Made by a program: the position numbers and the translations under genes
NCBI GenBank assembly: GCA_024232295.1
Contig: JAAEPT010000103.1
Location: 5,063 to 69,062, forward strand
Length of the DNA stretch: 64,000 nucleotides
Origin: Cytophagales bacterium
Lineage (GTDB): Bacteria; Bacteroidota; Bacteroidia; Cytophagales; JAAEPT01
Reading direction: 5' to 3'
In this document: positions 42,575 to 52,444 of the stretch, in pieces
Layout: every line of letters starts with the position of its first letter
Position numbering within the stretch: the stretch's first letter is position 1
Notes under the pieces: model-generated
The model's input: only the letters and a program-made list of their open reading frames with translations
Database searches by the model: none
Told to the model about the DNA's origin: nothing

Positions 42575-44377
42575 TTACTTAAAATCTCCCCTCAACTTTC
42601 TGTATTTCTTGCGTGACTCCATCACATAAATACTATTGCTATGCTCAATAATAATTTGTTTATAAAATTCCATAGCCTTTTGAGGGTTGTTCAGTTCTTG
42701 TTCATACAAATTAGCAAGTTTAAAGTACGCATTATCTGCCAAAATTCCATCTGAATGATCTTGAATAATCTTCAAAAGGCTTTGTTCTGCTAATGTATAT
42801 TGCTTGGTTTCGAAATATACGGCACTCTGAAGCCATAAAAGCTCATCTTGTAAGTTATGAGTCTCTAATTCTTTTTCGAGGGCTACAATCGCTTCTAAAG
42901 CGCCTTTATATTGTTTTTTGTAAACCAACAAATCGATAGAAGCATACTTTCTCAGCGCAATGTCTGATGTATCCAAAGCAGTATTATTTTGAATCAGCAA
43001 ACTTAAGTCAATGGCATCATTTGCAATTTCACGAGTGGTTGCCAATTTCAAAATATCCAAATGTGATCTTGATAACTCAAAATCTCCCTTGTAATAAGAA
43101 AGTTTTGCGTTCTTAAATTTTGCAATTTGAGCAAGGTCTGATTCCTTCAATGTTTTCTCTACCTCAAGATAAAGCAAAGTGGATTCCCAAGGTTCTTCGG
43201 TAAGAATATAAATATCGGCTAAATCCAATAAACTGTTTGCCCACAAACGTGAAGAACGAGAACTGACTTTTTTCACATTATTTAGGAGTTCGATTGCTTG
43301 TGAATAATCTTGAAGATGAAAAGCATACAAAAGTGCTTGATTTCGCATTATCTCTCCTTTATCTAATCTAGACCTAGTCTGAAGCAATAAAGTGTCGTAA
43401 TCGGCAATTAAAGCATTAATTTTCGCATTTTCTACTGGATATACACTCTTGACTGAAAGCTCTTGTGCTTTTATTGCCTGTTTTTTGAAATTTACATAGT
43501 TACTTCCAGTACTGTAAGTCGATGCCAAATATTCAAAAATTTCTTGGGCTGTGTTATAATCTTTATTATTCAAAGATATATATCCAAGTCGTTGTAATCT
43601 TCTCCCTCCTTCATTTCTCAACTGATCCAAAGATCTCAACTGTACAAATGCCTCATAAAAATCTTTTGTCTGAATATGTGCCCAAGACAAAAGTGAGAGC
43701 AAATGAATATTTTCTGAATGATTTGGTAGTTGCTCATAAACAATCTTGACAAGATTTTCATAATCTTCAGAACTTAACAATGGTTGTAGTGTTCTTTGAA
43801 CTTTACTAATGTCCTTGTCAGAAACCACACTATTGATGATCCAATCAACATAACTTCGAGCTACTTTCTTCTTATCTCCTTTTTGAATATATAAATCTAC
43901 CAAATAATGAATATAAATTGCTTTGTATTTGTCATTTTTACTTCCTTGTTCAAAAAGTTTTATTCCATATTTTACTTCCCCTCTAGTCTTCAAAACCTTA
44001 CCAGTTTGAATGGTTCGAGGAACGTCATATTTATATTTTTCAAAAAGTTTTTCTAAAAGTTTTTCTGTTTTTTTAACATCATCTTTTGCTTTAAAGACAA
44101 GGGCATAATCTACTTCAAATAAGGGAATTGCTTGTTTCTTTACTTTTTTCTTGAGATATTTTTCAAGTTTCTCCCATTCTTTAAGTTCCACCAACACAGT
44201 CCTATAATTTTCATATACATCTAAATCATGATCTTTCTTTACAATTTTTTCTAACAATACCAGTGCTTTTTCAAAATCTCCTTTCTCAATGTATGCCTTT
44301 GCCAAGGCTTCATCTTGGGCAAAAAGAGAGAGGTTAAACAAAGCAATAAAAGACAAGAAAAACAGAAAACGAAACAT
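42575..44377 (-). CDS. Exported tetratricopeptide-repeat protein
   Basis: Signal peptide and helical TPR-like repeats (AYFKLANLYE...AMEFYKQII). Confidence 0.8.
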   Translation of the reverse strand: MFRFLFFLSFIALFNLSLFAQDEALAKAYIEKGDFEKALVLLEKIVKKDHDLDVYENYRTVLVELKEWEKLEKYLKKKVKKQAIPLFEVDYALVFKAKDDVKKTEKLLEKLFEKYKYDVPRTIQTGKVLKTRGEVKYGIKLFEQGSKNDKYKAIYIHYLVDLYIQKGDKKKVARSYVDWIINSVVSDKDISKVQRTLQPLLSSEDYENLVKIVYEQLPNHSENIHLLSLLSWAHIQTKDFYEAFVQLRSLDQLRNEGGRRLQRLGYISLNNKDYNTAQEIFEYLASTYSTGSNYVNFKKQAIKAQELSVKSVYPVENAKINALIADYDTLLLQTRSRLDKGEIMRNQALLYAFHLQDYSQAIELLNNVKKVSSRSSRLWANSLLDLADIYILTEEPWESTLLYLEVEKTLKESDLAQIAKFKNAKLSYYKGDFELSRSHLDILKLATTREIANDAIDLSLLIQNNTALDTSDIALRKYASIDLLVYKKQYKGALEAIVALEKELETHNLQDELLWLQSAVYFETKQYTLAEQSLLKIIQDHSDGILADNAYFKLANLYEQELNNPQKAMEFYKQIIIEHSNSIYVMESRKKYRKLRGDFK

Positions 44378-44399
44378 GAAAATATGGACTTTTAAATGT

Positions 44400-46620
44400 G
44401 TGGGTAATAAATTATCTACAATTCACTATTTTAGTCAAATTTTTCCAAAAAAACATACATAAAAGCAGGTAAAAAAGTGCCTTATTGTGAATAAAATATC
44501 TACTTTTTTATTTTTTTTCAACAACTTATATACACCTATATATTGCTTTTCTGTATTTTAATCATTGTTATTGTACTAAACTCCACATATTATTAATAAG
44601 TATTTTTTAACATTTATATTTTTTAGAAAACTTTATACTAATAATTGCGAATTATTAATTCCTTAATTCTTCTTATTTGTGAATAACTAAAAGCTTATCT
44701 ACAAAAAATCACATATTTATTCACTTTTTCCACAAAAAACGAGCAATATCTATTATATTTTTTCCTTTTTTATTTTACGATTTTTAATTATGTGCTTTTT
44801 CTCGAAAAATGTATAAAACTATCAACAATAAGAATTTTAATGTGTGAATTCTTTAAATAAAGGATAAAATTTAGCTTAAAGCTACTATTATATAAGTAGT
44901 TATATATAATCATCTGAAAGATTTATAACCAATAAAAAAGCATTTGTACACGTGTAAAAATCTATTTTCTTCTATTAAATTGTGAATAAACTTGTTATTT
45001 TCCACTATTTAAACACCATTTGATTTATTTTTTGTGAAAAAATATTGGGAATCTTTAATGACTGGTTCTTTTTTTCTAAAAAATAAAAATGTAAGGGTTT
45101 AAAATTGAAGAACTCACCCCTAAAATTCAATAAGTACTAATACATTCTTTTTTATTAAAATATTCTTATTGCTTATTGTCATTAGTCATGTGAATTAGTG
45201 GAAAAATCAATCGTTTATTGTGAAAAATAGCTTTTATTGACTCCATTTAAACTTTTTGAATAAATCAAAAGCTATGTTTATTTGTTGAAAGTAAAGTGAA
45301 TTGTGCAGAGAAATACTGTGAATAGTCTAATTTTAATACACAAAAGAAGAGTATCAGAAAGAGCATGTGTGCAAAATCTGGAATTTATCACCTATTTACA
45401 CACATACAAACACTGGATATTTACATTTTTTGTGAAAAAGTACTGGAAATCTTTACTTCTTAGCTCTTTTTTCAAAGAAACTAAAAATGTATGTAGCTGT
45501 TCATTTCTTGATACAGTAATAAACAATTTGTATTTTTTTAATTTTGGATAACTTTCTCCCAATTATATTATTATAGCAAGTGTGAATTAGTGGAAAAAAC
45601 AGTTTAATAAACTGATAAAATTCTAATTAATAAGGATATAAAGTATTTTTCAATCAATATTAAGTGTTAATATTTATCTAAAATTACGTTAATTAGTAAT
45701 GTAAAATGTGTTGGTAATATTTTAGTTAAAAGTTTAATGAACATAAAAAAGTATAATATATGTGTAAAATCACATACTTTTTTATGATTTTCACACATAA
45801 AGATGATAGATATTTACATTTTTTGTGAAAAAGTACTGGAAATCTTTCTTCTCAAGTCTTTTTTTATGAAAAAATAAAAATGTAAGGGTTTAAAATTGAA
45901 GAACTCACCCCTAAAATTCAATAAGTACTAATACATTCTTTTTTACTAAAATATTCTTATTGCTTATTATCATTAGTCATGTGAATTCGTGGAAAACCTA
46001 ATTCTTTTTTTACAAATCACACTTTACAGTCTCTATTTAAACTTTTTCATTCATATTCCCTCCTACTTACATGTTGAAATAAAGGTGTACTTTCATCTAA
46101 AAAGCTGTGAATAGCTTATTTTTAATGCACAATAAACTAGTACCAATGTTAGAACTTGTGTAAAAAGCCTTATTTCTCCCATATTTACACACAGTTAATT
46201 AGTAAGTCTCTACAGACTTTGTGAAAAAATACTGGAAATCTTTATTATTTAGCTTTTCTTTTTAAAAAGGAAAAAATGTATGAGTTCATAAACTATGAAA
46301 AAAGTAATAAACAACTTTGAATATTCTATTTTTGGATAACTTTTTTATTATATATCATTATTATTTATGTGAATTAGTGGAAAAAGTAAGAATTAAGATG
46401 AAAAAATATCTATTCTAGAGGGTATAAAGGCATTTTGAATAAAAAATAAATGTTTATATCTATTGGTAATTACGTTAACTAATCATGTAAAAAGTGTTAA
46501 CAATATCTCATTGATAGATTGAAACTAACACTAAAAATCATAAAATATGTGTAAAATCACCTACATTTTTTAGATTACACACAGAAAATAGTTAGATATC
46601 TACATTTTTTGTGAAAAAAA
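44400..46620. other. oriC: Probable chromosomal replication origin / DnaA-box cluster
   Basis: 2.3-kb very AT-rich gene-free region with at least 10 exact TTWTNCACA matches (44486, 44678, 44726, 44981, 45033, 45219, 45431, 45824, 46220, 46610) plus near matches; close to mnmG and parS sites. Confidence 0.7.
45028..46620. repeat. Degenerate ~395-bp tandem repeat in A-B-A'-B' order (~790-bp dimer)
   Basis: TGTGAAAAA anchors spaced 398, 393, 396 and 390 bp; TGTGAATTMGTGGAAAA once per unit; 45080-45205 nearly identical to 45871-45996. Confidence 0.9.
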
Positions 46621-46665
46621 AGCGACAAAATCATTTTGTCGCTCTTGTTTTGCTAGAGATTTTTA

Positions 46666-48236
46666 TTAAAAAATAATCTTTTCATCATTTATTTCCCAAT
46701 TTGCCTTTAAAATTATTTTTTGAGGATGTTGGTGTACTTTTTCAGGTCTTACTTTATCAAGTAAACTTCCTCTTTCAAAAATTCCGTCTTTATTTTCATC
46801 AATTAAAACACGAAGGTAGTAAGTACCTGGTCTAATTTTCTGAAAGGAAAATTTCTTTACGTCTTTTTGTTCATCAACAACTTCCCCTTTCTTGTTGATT
46901 AGTTGAATTGTGTACTTTTCATAAATTGTAATAACTTCCCCTCCTAGACTTGAAAAGCTTTCTATATTTTGCTCTTGAAATAACAATGTATCAGAAAGTG
47001 TATTTTGTGAATTATTGATTGTATAAATCCCTTCATTAAAAAAAACATAAGTAGAATCTGTGAATTTTTCTTTTTACTAATTTCTAAAATTGTATTTCCA
47101 TTTTTGAGTTTAATATCATTTTTTGATAACTGATAAGTTTTTCCTTTATTTTCGATTATCAATTTTGTTGTATCAATATTTATTGGTTCAGAAAAAAATA
47201 AACTAAACTCTAAATTATTGGTGAAATACATCTCTGTACTTTTAGAGGTCATTAAATCTTTCTTTTTTACAGGGAAATCCTTGTAATTAATTACAAAGTT
47301 TGAATCAATAGTTCTATTCAGGGAATCAGTTATATTGAGTGAAATTGAATAATCTTTTCCTACTTCAAAGCTCTGATTGTACAATTTAATACTCTTTCCA
47401 TCTTCACTAATTACCGAATAACAACCTTTTGCATCTATTTTTTCAGTTCCTCTTCTTGTCTTTATCAGTACCCAGTTCTCCTGTTGACGAATATTTGTGA
47501 TTTGATTAGGATTGTGACTTTCTTTAAAAATCCTAAAGTCTAAAATACTATCCTGATAATTTTCTATGCTAATTTCTTGAGGAATAAAGTCAATTCCCTC
47601 TCCTTTATTGTACTTTTTGTTTTTGTTCTTATCTCCAATTGCATACACAAAATAAGTTCCTTTTTTGAGGTGTTTCATTTGAAAATCACCACTTGTATTC
47701 GTGTAAGTATAGTACAATGGACTTGAGTTATCTATGTTCAATGTATCTTTTGTGTCATACAAACCAATTAATTGATTATTAAGAGTACTTCCATCAAGAT
47801 AATTACTAGCTTTTCCAATTAACTTTAAAGAATCTAGTTGATTTCCTGTACTAAAAGCGAGCGTAATCCCTTGACTTTTATTATTTTCTGTAATATCTCT
47901 AACACAATTCCCTAATTGAATATTATAAGTTGTATTAGGAGCTAATTCCTCTTCAAACTCAATAATTAAGCGATTTTTGTCAATTTCATAGCCAATATTT
48001 TCTACTTTTGGCGTAATATAAACCTCACTATTAAAGCCTTGAACCTTGATGTACTCATCAAATTCAAAAGAAATAATTCTTCCTTTGTAGTTTGTATTGT
48101 TTTTTGAACTAGGTTATGTCCTTACTAATTTAGGAGGAGTAATATCTTTAGGGCCTCCTGTAATGCCTCTTTCATTGGCACATGATATAAATAATGCACT
48201 AAAAAGAGCAGGAATAACGTATTTTTTCAATTTCAT
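46666..48236 (-). pseudogene. Ig-like-domain lipoprotein, disrupted
   Basis: ATG 48236, lipobox and CANERGITGGPKDITPP; in-frame TAA at 48114-16; frame continues into track ORF 46962-47762; 1-nt frameshift near 47040-47075 joins track ORF 46666-46986 (PGTYYLRVLIDENKDG...ILKANWE). Confidence 0.8.
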
Positions 48237-48336
48237 ATACTTGTTTTTCAATAAGTAAATATCATAAAAATAAAAAAAAGTAGCTCACTATAAAGCAAAC
48301 TACTTTTGATAAAATTTAATTTTTATTATCTATTAA

Positions 48337-50202
48337 TTACTTGTTTAGATAAACCATTAAGACGGAAATATCGGCTGGAGAAACACCACTTATTCTGCTA
48401 GCCTGCCCTAAACTTTTAGGTTTCATTTCCTTTAGTTTGTGTCGAGATTCATTCGATAATCCCTTCACAGAATCATAATTAAAGTCAGCTTGAATAATAA
48501 TATTCTCAACCTTCTGCATTTTCTCTGCCAAATTTGCTTCTTTGGTAATATAATCCTCATATTTTACCTGAATCATAGCAGCCTCTACAGTCTCTGCCCC
48601 AAACTTATCTACATAAGCTTTTACCTCTTCAACTTCCTCACTCAATTCAAAGAAATCTAACTGTGGTCTCTTAAGCAAAGCATATAGTTTAACACCTTCT
48701 CTGATAGGAGTTGTATTAAGTTTCTCTAAAGTTTCATTGATATCTTTAGGCTTGATTTTATGTTGCTTAATATTGTTGATGAACTCCTTAATATCCTTCT
48801 CTTTTTGAAGTACAGTATCATATCTTTCTTGCCCTGCTAAGCCCAAATCATATCCCTTAGGAGTTAGTCTAATATCTGCATTATCCTGCCTTAATAAGAT
48901 CCTATATTCTGCCCTAGAAGTAAACATTCGGTATGGTTCATTAGTACCTTTATTAACCAAATCATCGATTAAAACACCAATATAAGCTTCAGATCTACTC
49001 AAAATGAACGGATCTTTTTCATGTATTTTATTATGTGCATTGATACCAGCCATCAAACCTTGACAAGCAGCTTCTTCATACCCTGTAGTACCATTGATTT
49101 GACCAGCAAAGAATAGTCCTTCTATCAGTTTAGTTTCTAATGTTAAGTTCAGTTGTGTTGGTGGGAAGAAATCATATTCAATAGCGTATCCAGGTCTAAA
49201 CATTTTGGCATTCTCAAACCCAGGAATCAAGCATAGTGCCTTATATTGAACATCTTCTGGTAGTGAACTAGAGAAGCCATTTACATATACTTCAATTGTA
49301 TCCCAACCTTCTGGTTCTACAAAGATTTGATGTCTGTCTTTATCTGCAAATCGGTTTATTTTATCCTCAATAGAAGGACAATATCTAGGACCTAATCCTC
49401 TAATTCTACCATTGAACATTGGTGACTGCTCAAAGCCTGTTTTAAGGATTTCGTGTACCTCTGGGCTAGTGTATGTGATGTAGCAACTTCTTTGCTTTTC
49501 TAACGATTTTGTAGTCTTTGAGAAAGAGAATTTGTAGTCATCATCATCACCTTTTTGTTCAGTCATTTTAGAATAGTCCAAGCTTCTTCCATCGATACGT
49601 GGAGGTGTTCCTGTCTTCATTCTTCCAGACTCAAACCCTAGTGAAATAAGTTGTTCTGTAAGACCAGTAGCACCTTTTTCTCCAGCTCTACCTCCTCCAA
49701 AATTCTTCTCTCCAATATGGATAATACCATTCAAGAAAGTACCATTTGTAAGGACTACGCTCTTTCCAAAAACCTCAATACCCAGCCCTGTTTTTACACC
49801 AACGACCTTCTTGTCTTTGATGATAAGTTCGGAAACCATCTCTTGCCAGAAGTCTACATTTTCTGTTTGTTCTAGCTGTAATCTCCATTCTTCAGCAAAT
49901 CTAAAACGATCATTTTGGCTACGAGGGCTCCACATTGCAGGACCTTTAGAGCGATTAAGCATTCTAAATTGAATCATGGATTTATCGGAAATAATACCTG
50001 ATTGACCACCCAAAGCATCTATTTCTCTTAGAATTTGCCCTTTGGCAACTCCTCCCATAGCAGGATTACAAGACATGTGTGCAATGGTATTCATATTCAT
50101 AGTAATGAGTAATACTTGAGAACCCATATTTGCAGCAGCAGCAGCAGCTTCACATCCTGCATGTCCTGCTCCTACTACTATAACATCATATTCTTTAAAC
50201 AT
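48337..50202 (-). CDS. mnmG: tRNA uridine-5-carboxymethylaminomethyl modification enzyme (GidA)
   Basis: VVGAGHAGCEAA, MSCNPAMGG, MKTGTPPR, GPRYCPSIEDK, AGQINGTTGYEEAA. Confidence 0.97.
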   Translation of the reverse strand: MFKEYDVIVVGAGHAGCEAAAAAANMGSQVLLITMNMNTIAHMSCNPAMGGVAKGQILREIDALGGQSGIISDKSMIQFRMLNRSKGPAMWSPRSQNDRFRFAEEWRLQLEQTENVDFWQEMVSELIIKDKKVVGVKTGLGIEVFGKSVVLTNGTFLNGIIHIGEKNFGGGRAGEKGATGLTEQLISLGFESGRMKTGTPPRIDGRSLDYSKMTEQKGDDDDYKFSFSKTTKSLEKQRSCYITYTSPEVHEILKTGFEQSPMFNGRIRGLGPRYCPSIEDKINRFADKDRHQIFVEPEGWDTIEVYVNGFSSSLPEDVQYKALCLIPGFENAKMFRPGYAIEYDFFPPTQLNLTLETKLIEGLFFAGQINGTTGYEEAACQGLMAGINAHNKIHEKDPFILSRSEAYIGVLIDDLVNKGTNEPYRMFTSRAEYRILLRQDNADIRLTPKGYDLGLAGQERYDTVLQKEKDIKEFINNIKQHKIKPKDINETLEKLNTTPIREGVKLYALLKRPQLDFFELSEEVEEVKAYVDKFGAETVEAAMIQVKYEDYITKEANLAEKMQKVENIIIQADFNYDSVKGLSNESRHKLKEMKPKSLGQASRISGVSPADISVLMVYLNK

Positions 50203-50234
50203 TTATACTTATCTAAATGAATTAACCTTACTTA

Positions 50235-50329
50235 TGTTCCACATGGAACATTACAAATTTACTGAATAATTTACTTAACTACATTCATAATTTGATACTT
50301 ATGAAAGAAGCTTTGTTCCACGTGAAACA
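50235..50329. promoter_or_regulatory. parS: parS sites (ParB-binding palindromes)
   Basis: TGTTCCACATGGAACA at 50235-50 and TGTTCCACGTGAAACA at 50314-29 versus consensus TGTTNCACGTGAAACA. Confidence 0.85.
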
Positions 50330-51206
50330 TAATACAATATTACTTACCTACCTTGTGTTTTTTTGAGTATTTATTTAGAATATTATATGACGTGTTTTAT
50401 GATTGTTTTAACTTCTGTGATGATTAAATAATTAATAGTTTATCAAAAAGTAGTCTTCTATAAATGTATATAACTCGATTATTAACCTTGATTAGTTAAA
50501 GTTTCACGTGAAACATAATATGGTTACCCTCCCCTACTTTGTGTTTTTTGAGAGTATTGTATGGGTATTTTATGATTGTTTTAATTTCTGTGATGGTTAA
50601 ATAATTAATAATTTATCAAAAAGTAGTCTTCTATAAATGTATATAACTCGATTATTAACCTTGATTAGTTAAAGTTTTGCGTGAAACATAATATGGTTAT
50701 CCTCCCCTACTTTGTGTTTTTTGAGAATATTATGTGGGTGTTTTATGATTGTTTTAACTTCCGTGATGGTTAATAAGCAATAGCTTAATCAAAAAACAGT
50801 CTTTTATAAATGTATATAACTAGATTATTAATCTTGATTAGTTAAATTTTTACGTGAAACATAATATGAAGTCATCTAAGGTTTTATTGAGAAACAACAA
50901 ATAAGAATCTGTATTTCAATTAGTTAACATCTACTTTGATTAGTACTATAAATATCTAACTAAAAGTAAGAGTGTTTTTCTGTAAATCAGTCAGTTACAT
51001 AGTTATTAAACCTAAAACTTTAAATCACTTCTATGTTTTCTCTCACCCTACTTTGTGTTTTTTGAGAATATTGTGTGGGTATTTTATGATTATTTTAAAT
51101 TTTGTGATGGTTAACTAAGTCATAGTTTATTAAAAGGTAGTCTTCTGCCAATGTATATAACTCGATTATTGATCTTGATTAGTTAAATTTTCACGTGAAG
51201 CATAAT
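50314..51206. repeat. ~173-bp tandem array with one parS-like site per unit
   Basis: parS-like 16-mers at 50314, 50500, 50673, 50846 and 51187 (spacings 186, 173, 173, 341); conserved unit sequence ATGTATATAACTCGATTATTAACCTTGATTAGTTAAA. Confidence 0.92.
50868..51031. mobile_element. 164-bp MITE-like element, copy 2
   Basis: Same terminal inverted repeats, TAT duplicated at 50865-67 and 51032-34; about 11 substitutions versus copy 1; accounts for the 341-bp array unit (174+164+3). Confidence 0.9.
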
Positions 51207-51556
51207 ACTATTCTACCTTTCTCTCTTCAGTTATGGTTAGATATTTTCACAAAGTATTATATAATTATTTTCTACCATATTTTAGTAATGTTACTTATGG
51301 TGAGCTTTACTAAAAAAGATCAATTCTATACCTTTGATTTTAAGAAAAGGTAAGCTGATCTTGTGATTATAGAAATATTTATGAAAAACACTCTATTTTT
51401 AGATGAATAGAATTATGTTTACAGTAGATTGGAGTTGGATTATTTAAAAAATGAATTCTAAAGCTCTATAATTAGAGTAGTAAATGATATTATACTAGAT
51501 AAAAGTGCGATTAAAGAGTATATAGGTGCTTTTTTAGCAAAAAGAAAGGAATTAAA

Positions 51557-52000
51557 CTATTTTAATTCCTTTTTGATTTTATATGATTTTAGGGCTAAAT
51601 TCTCTTGTTTTGTCATGATTTCTTGTTCTTCATTTGTCTTGTCATTAAATCCGATCAAATGAAGAAGACCATGAGAGACAACCCTTATAAACTCATCTTC
51701 AAAGTTAACTTGCTCTATTTTGGCATTATCTTCAATTCTATCAAGACTAATAAAGATATCTCCTTCAATACTTTCCTCCTCTTCCGAATTATCAAACGTG
51801 ATAATATCTGTGTAGTAATCATGATTAAGGTAATCAATATTTACTTGAAGTAAATACTCATCAGAACAAAAAATATAATTTATTTCTAAAACTGTTTTGT
51901 TGTGGTTTTTTGATAAATCAACTAAGTGATCATGTATTAGAGAAGTATCTAATTCAGGTGCTTCAATCTCCTCATAAAAGAAGTTAATTACTTCATTCAT
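51557..52000 (-). CDS. ybeY: rRNA maturation RNase YbeY
   Basis: N..YLNHDYYTDIITF, GDIFIS, HGLLHLIGFND. Confidence 0.93.
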   Translation of the reverse strand: MNEVINFFYEEIEAPELDTSLIHDHLVDLSKNHNKTVLEINYIFCSDEYLLQVNIDYLNHDYYTDIITFDNSEEEESIEGDIFISLDRIEDNAKIEQVNFEDEFIRVVSHGLLHLIGFNDKTNEEQEIMTKQENLALKSYKIKKELK

Positions 52001-52413
52001 TAGTCTTTATTGAAAACAAGTTCAACCTCTGTTCCTGCTTCATTAAAGTTAAGCTCATCACATAAGCTTTGCATTAAGAAAATGCCTCTACCACCTATTT
52101 TAGTGAGGTTTTCAGGAGCTGTAGGATCATCTATGTTATCATAATCAAAACCTTCTCCTTCGTCTTTTACAGTGAATTTTACTGCTTTTTCATCAACCTT
52201 TAGACTAAGCTCTACAATTTTATTTTTTTCTGACTTATTACCATGAAGAATAGCATTGTTTACCGATTCGGTTAAGCTAATCATTATATTTCCGTATAAG
52301 TCATCATTTATTTTGAAATCCTCTTTTGCATTATCCACAAAACTTTCTACAATTCGTATGTTTTCGGGAATTGAAGGGATTTTAATCTTAACTTCATTCA
52401 TCATAGTTCTCAA
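52000..52413 (-). CDS. RsbW-like anti-sigma/HATPase_c protein
   Basis: ESVNNAILHGN, VKDEGEGFD, GGRGIFLM. Confidence 0.85.
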   Translation of the reverse strand: MRTMMNEVKIKIPSIPENIRIVESFVDNAKEDFKINDDLYGNIMISLTESVNNAILHGNKSEKNKIVELSLKVDEKAVKFTVKDEGEGFDYDNIDDPTAPENLTKIGGRGIFLMQSLCDELNFNEAGTEVELVFNKD

Positions 52414-52444
52414 AAAGTTCTAATCTAATATAACAAGAGATGGT

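Noticed and set aside
45303-45551. 82-aa ORF in the origin region
   Set aside because: Lies across repeat units, has no protein-like features and has no counterpart ORF in the sister unit.
48114-48116. Stop-codon recoding explaining the in-frame TAA here and at 9076
   Set aside because: TAA is the normal stop for most genes in the window and both affected genes also carry frameshifts.
50314-51206. CRISPR array
   Set aside because: Whole ~173-bp units are similar, so there are no unique spacers, and there are no cas genes; the same holds for the ~395-bp repeat.
39158-52413. SpoIIE phosphatase, RsbW-like kinase and STAS-like protein (3796-4215) as one partner-switching system
   Set aside because: The genes are unlinked, in separate transcription units and common in this lineage; nothing in the sequence connects them.
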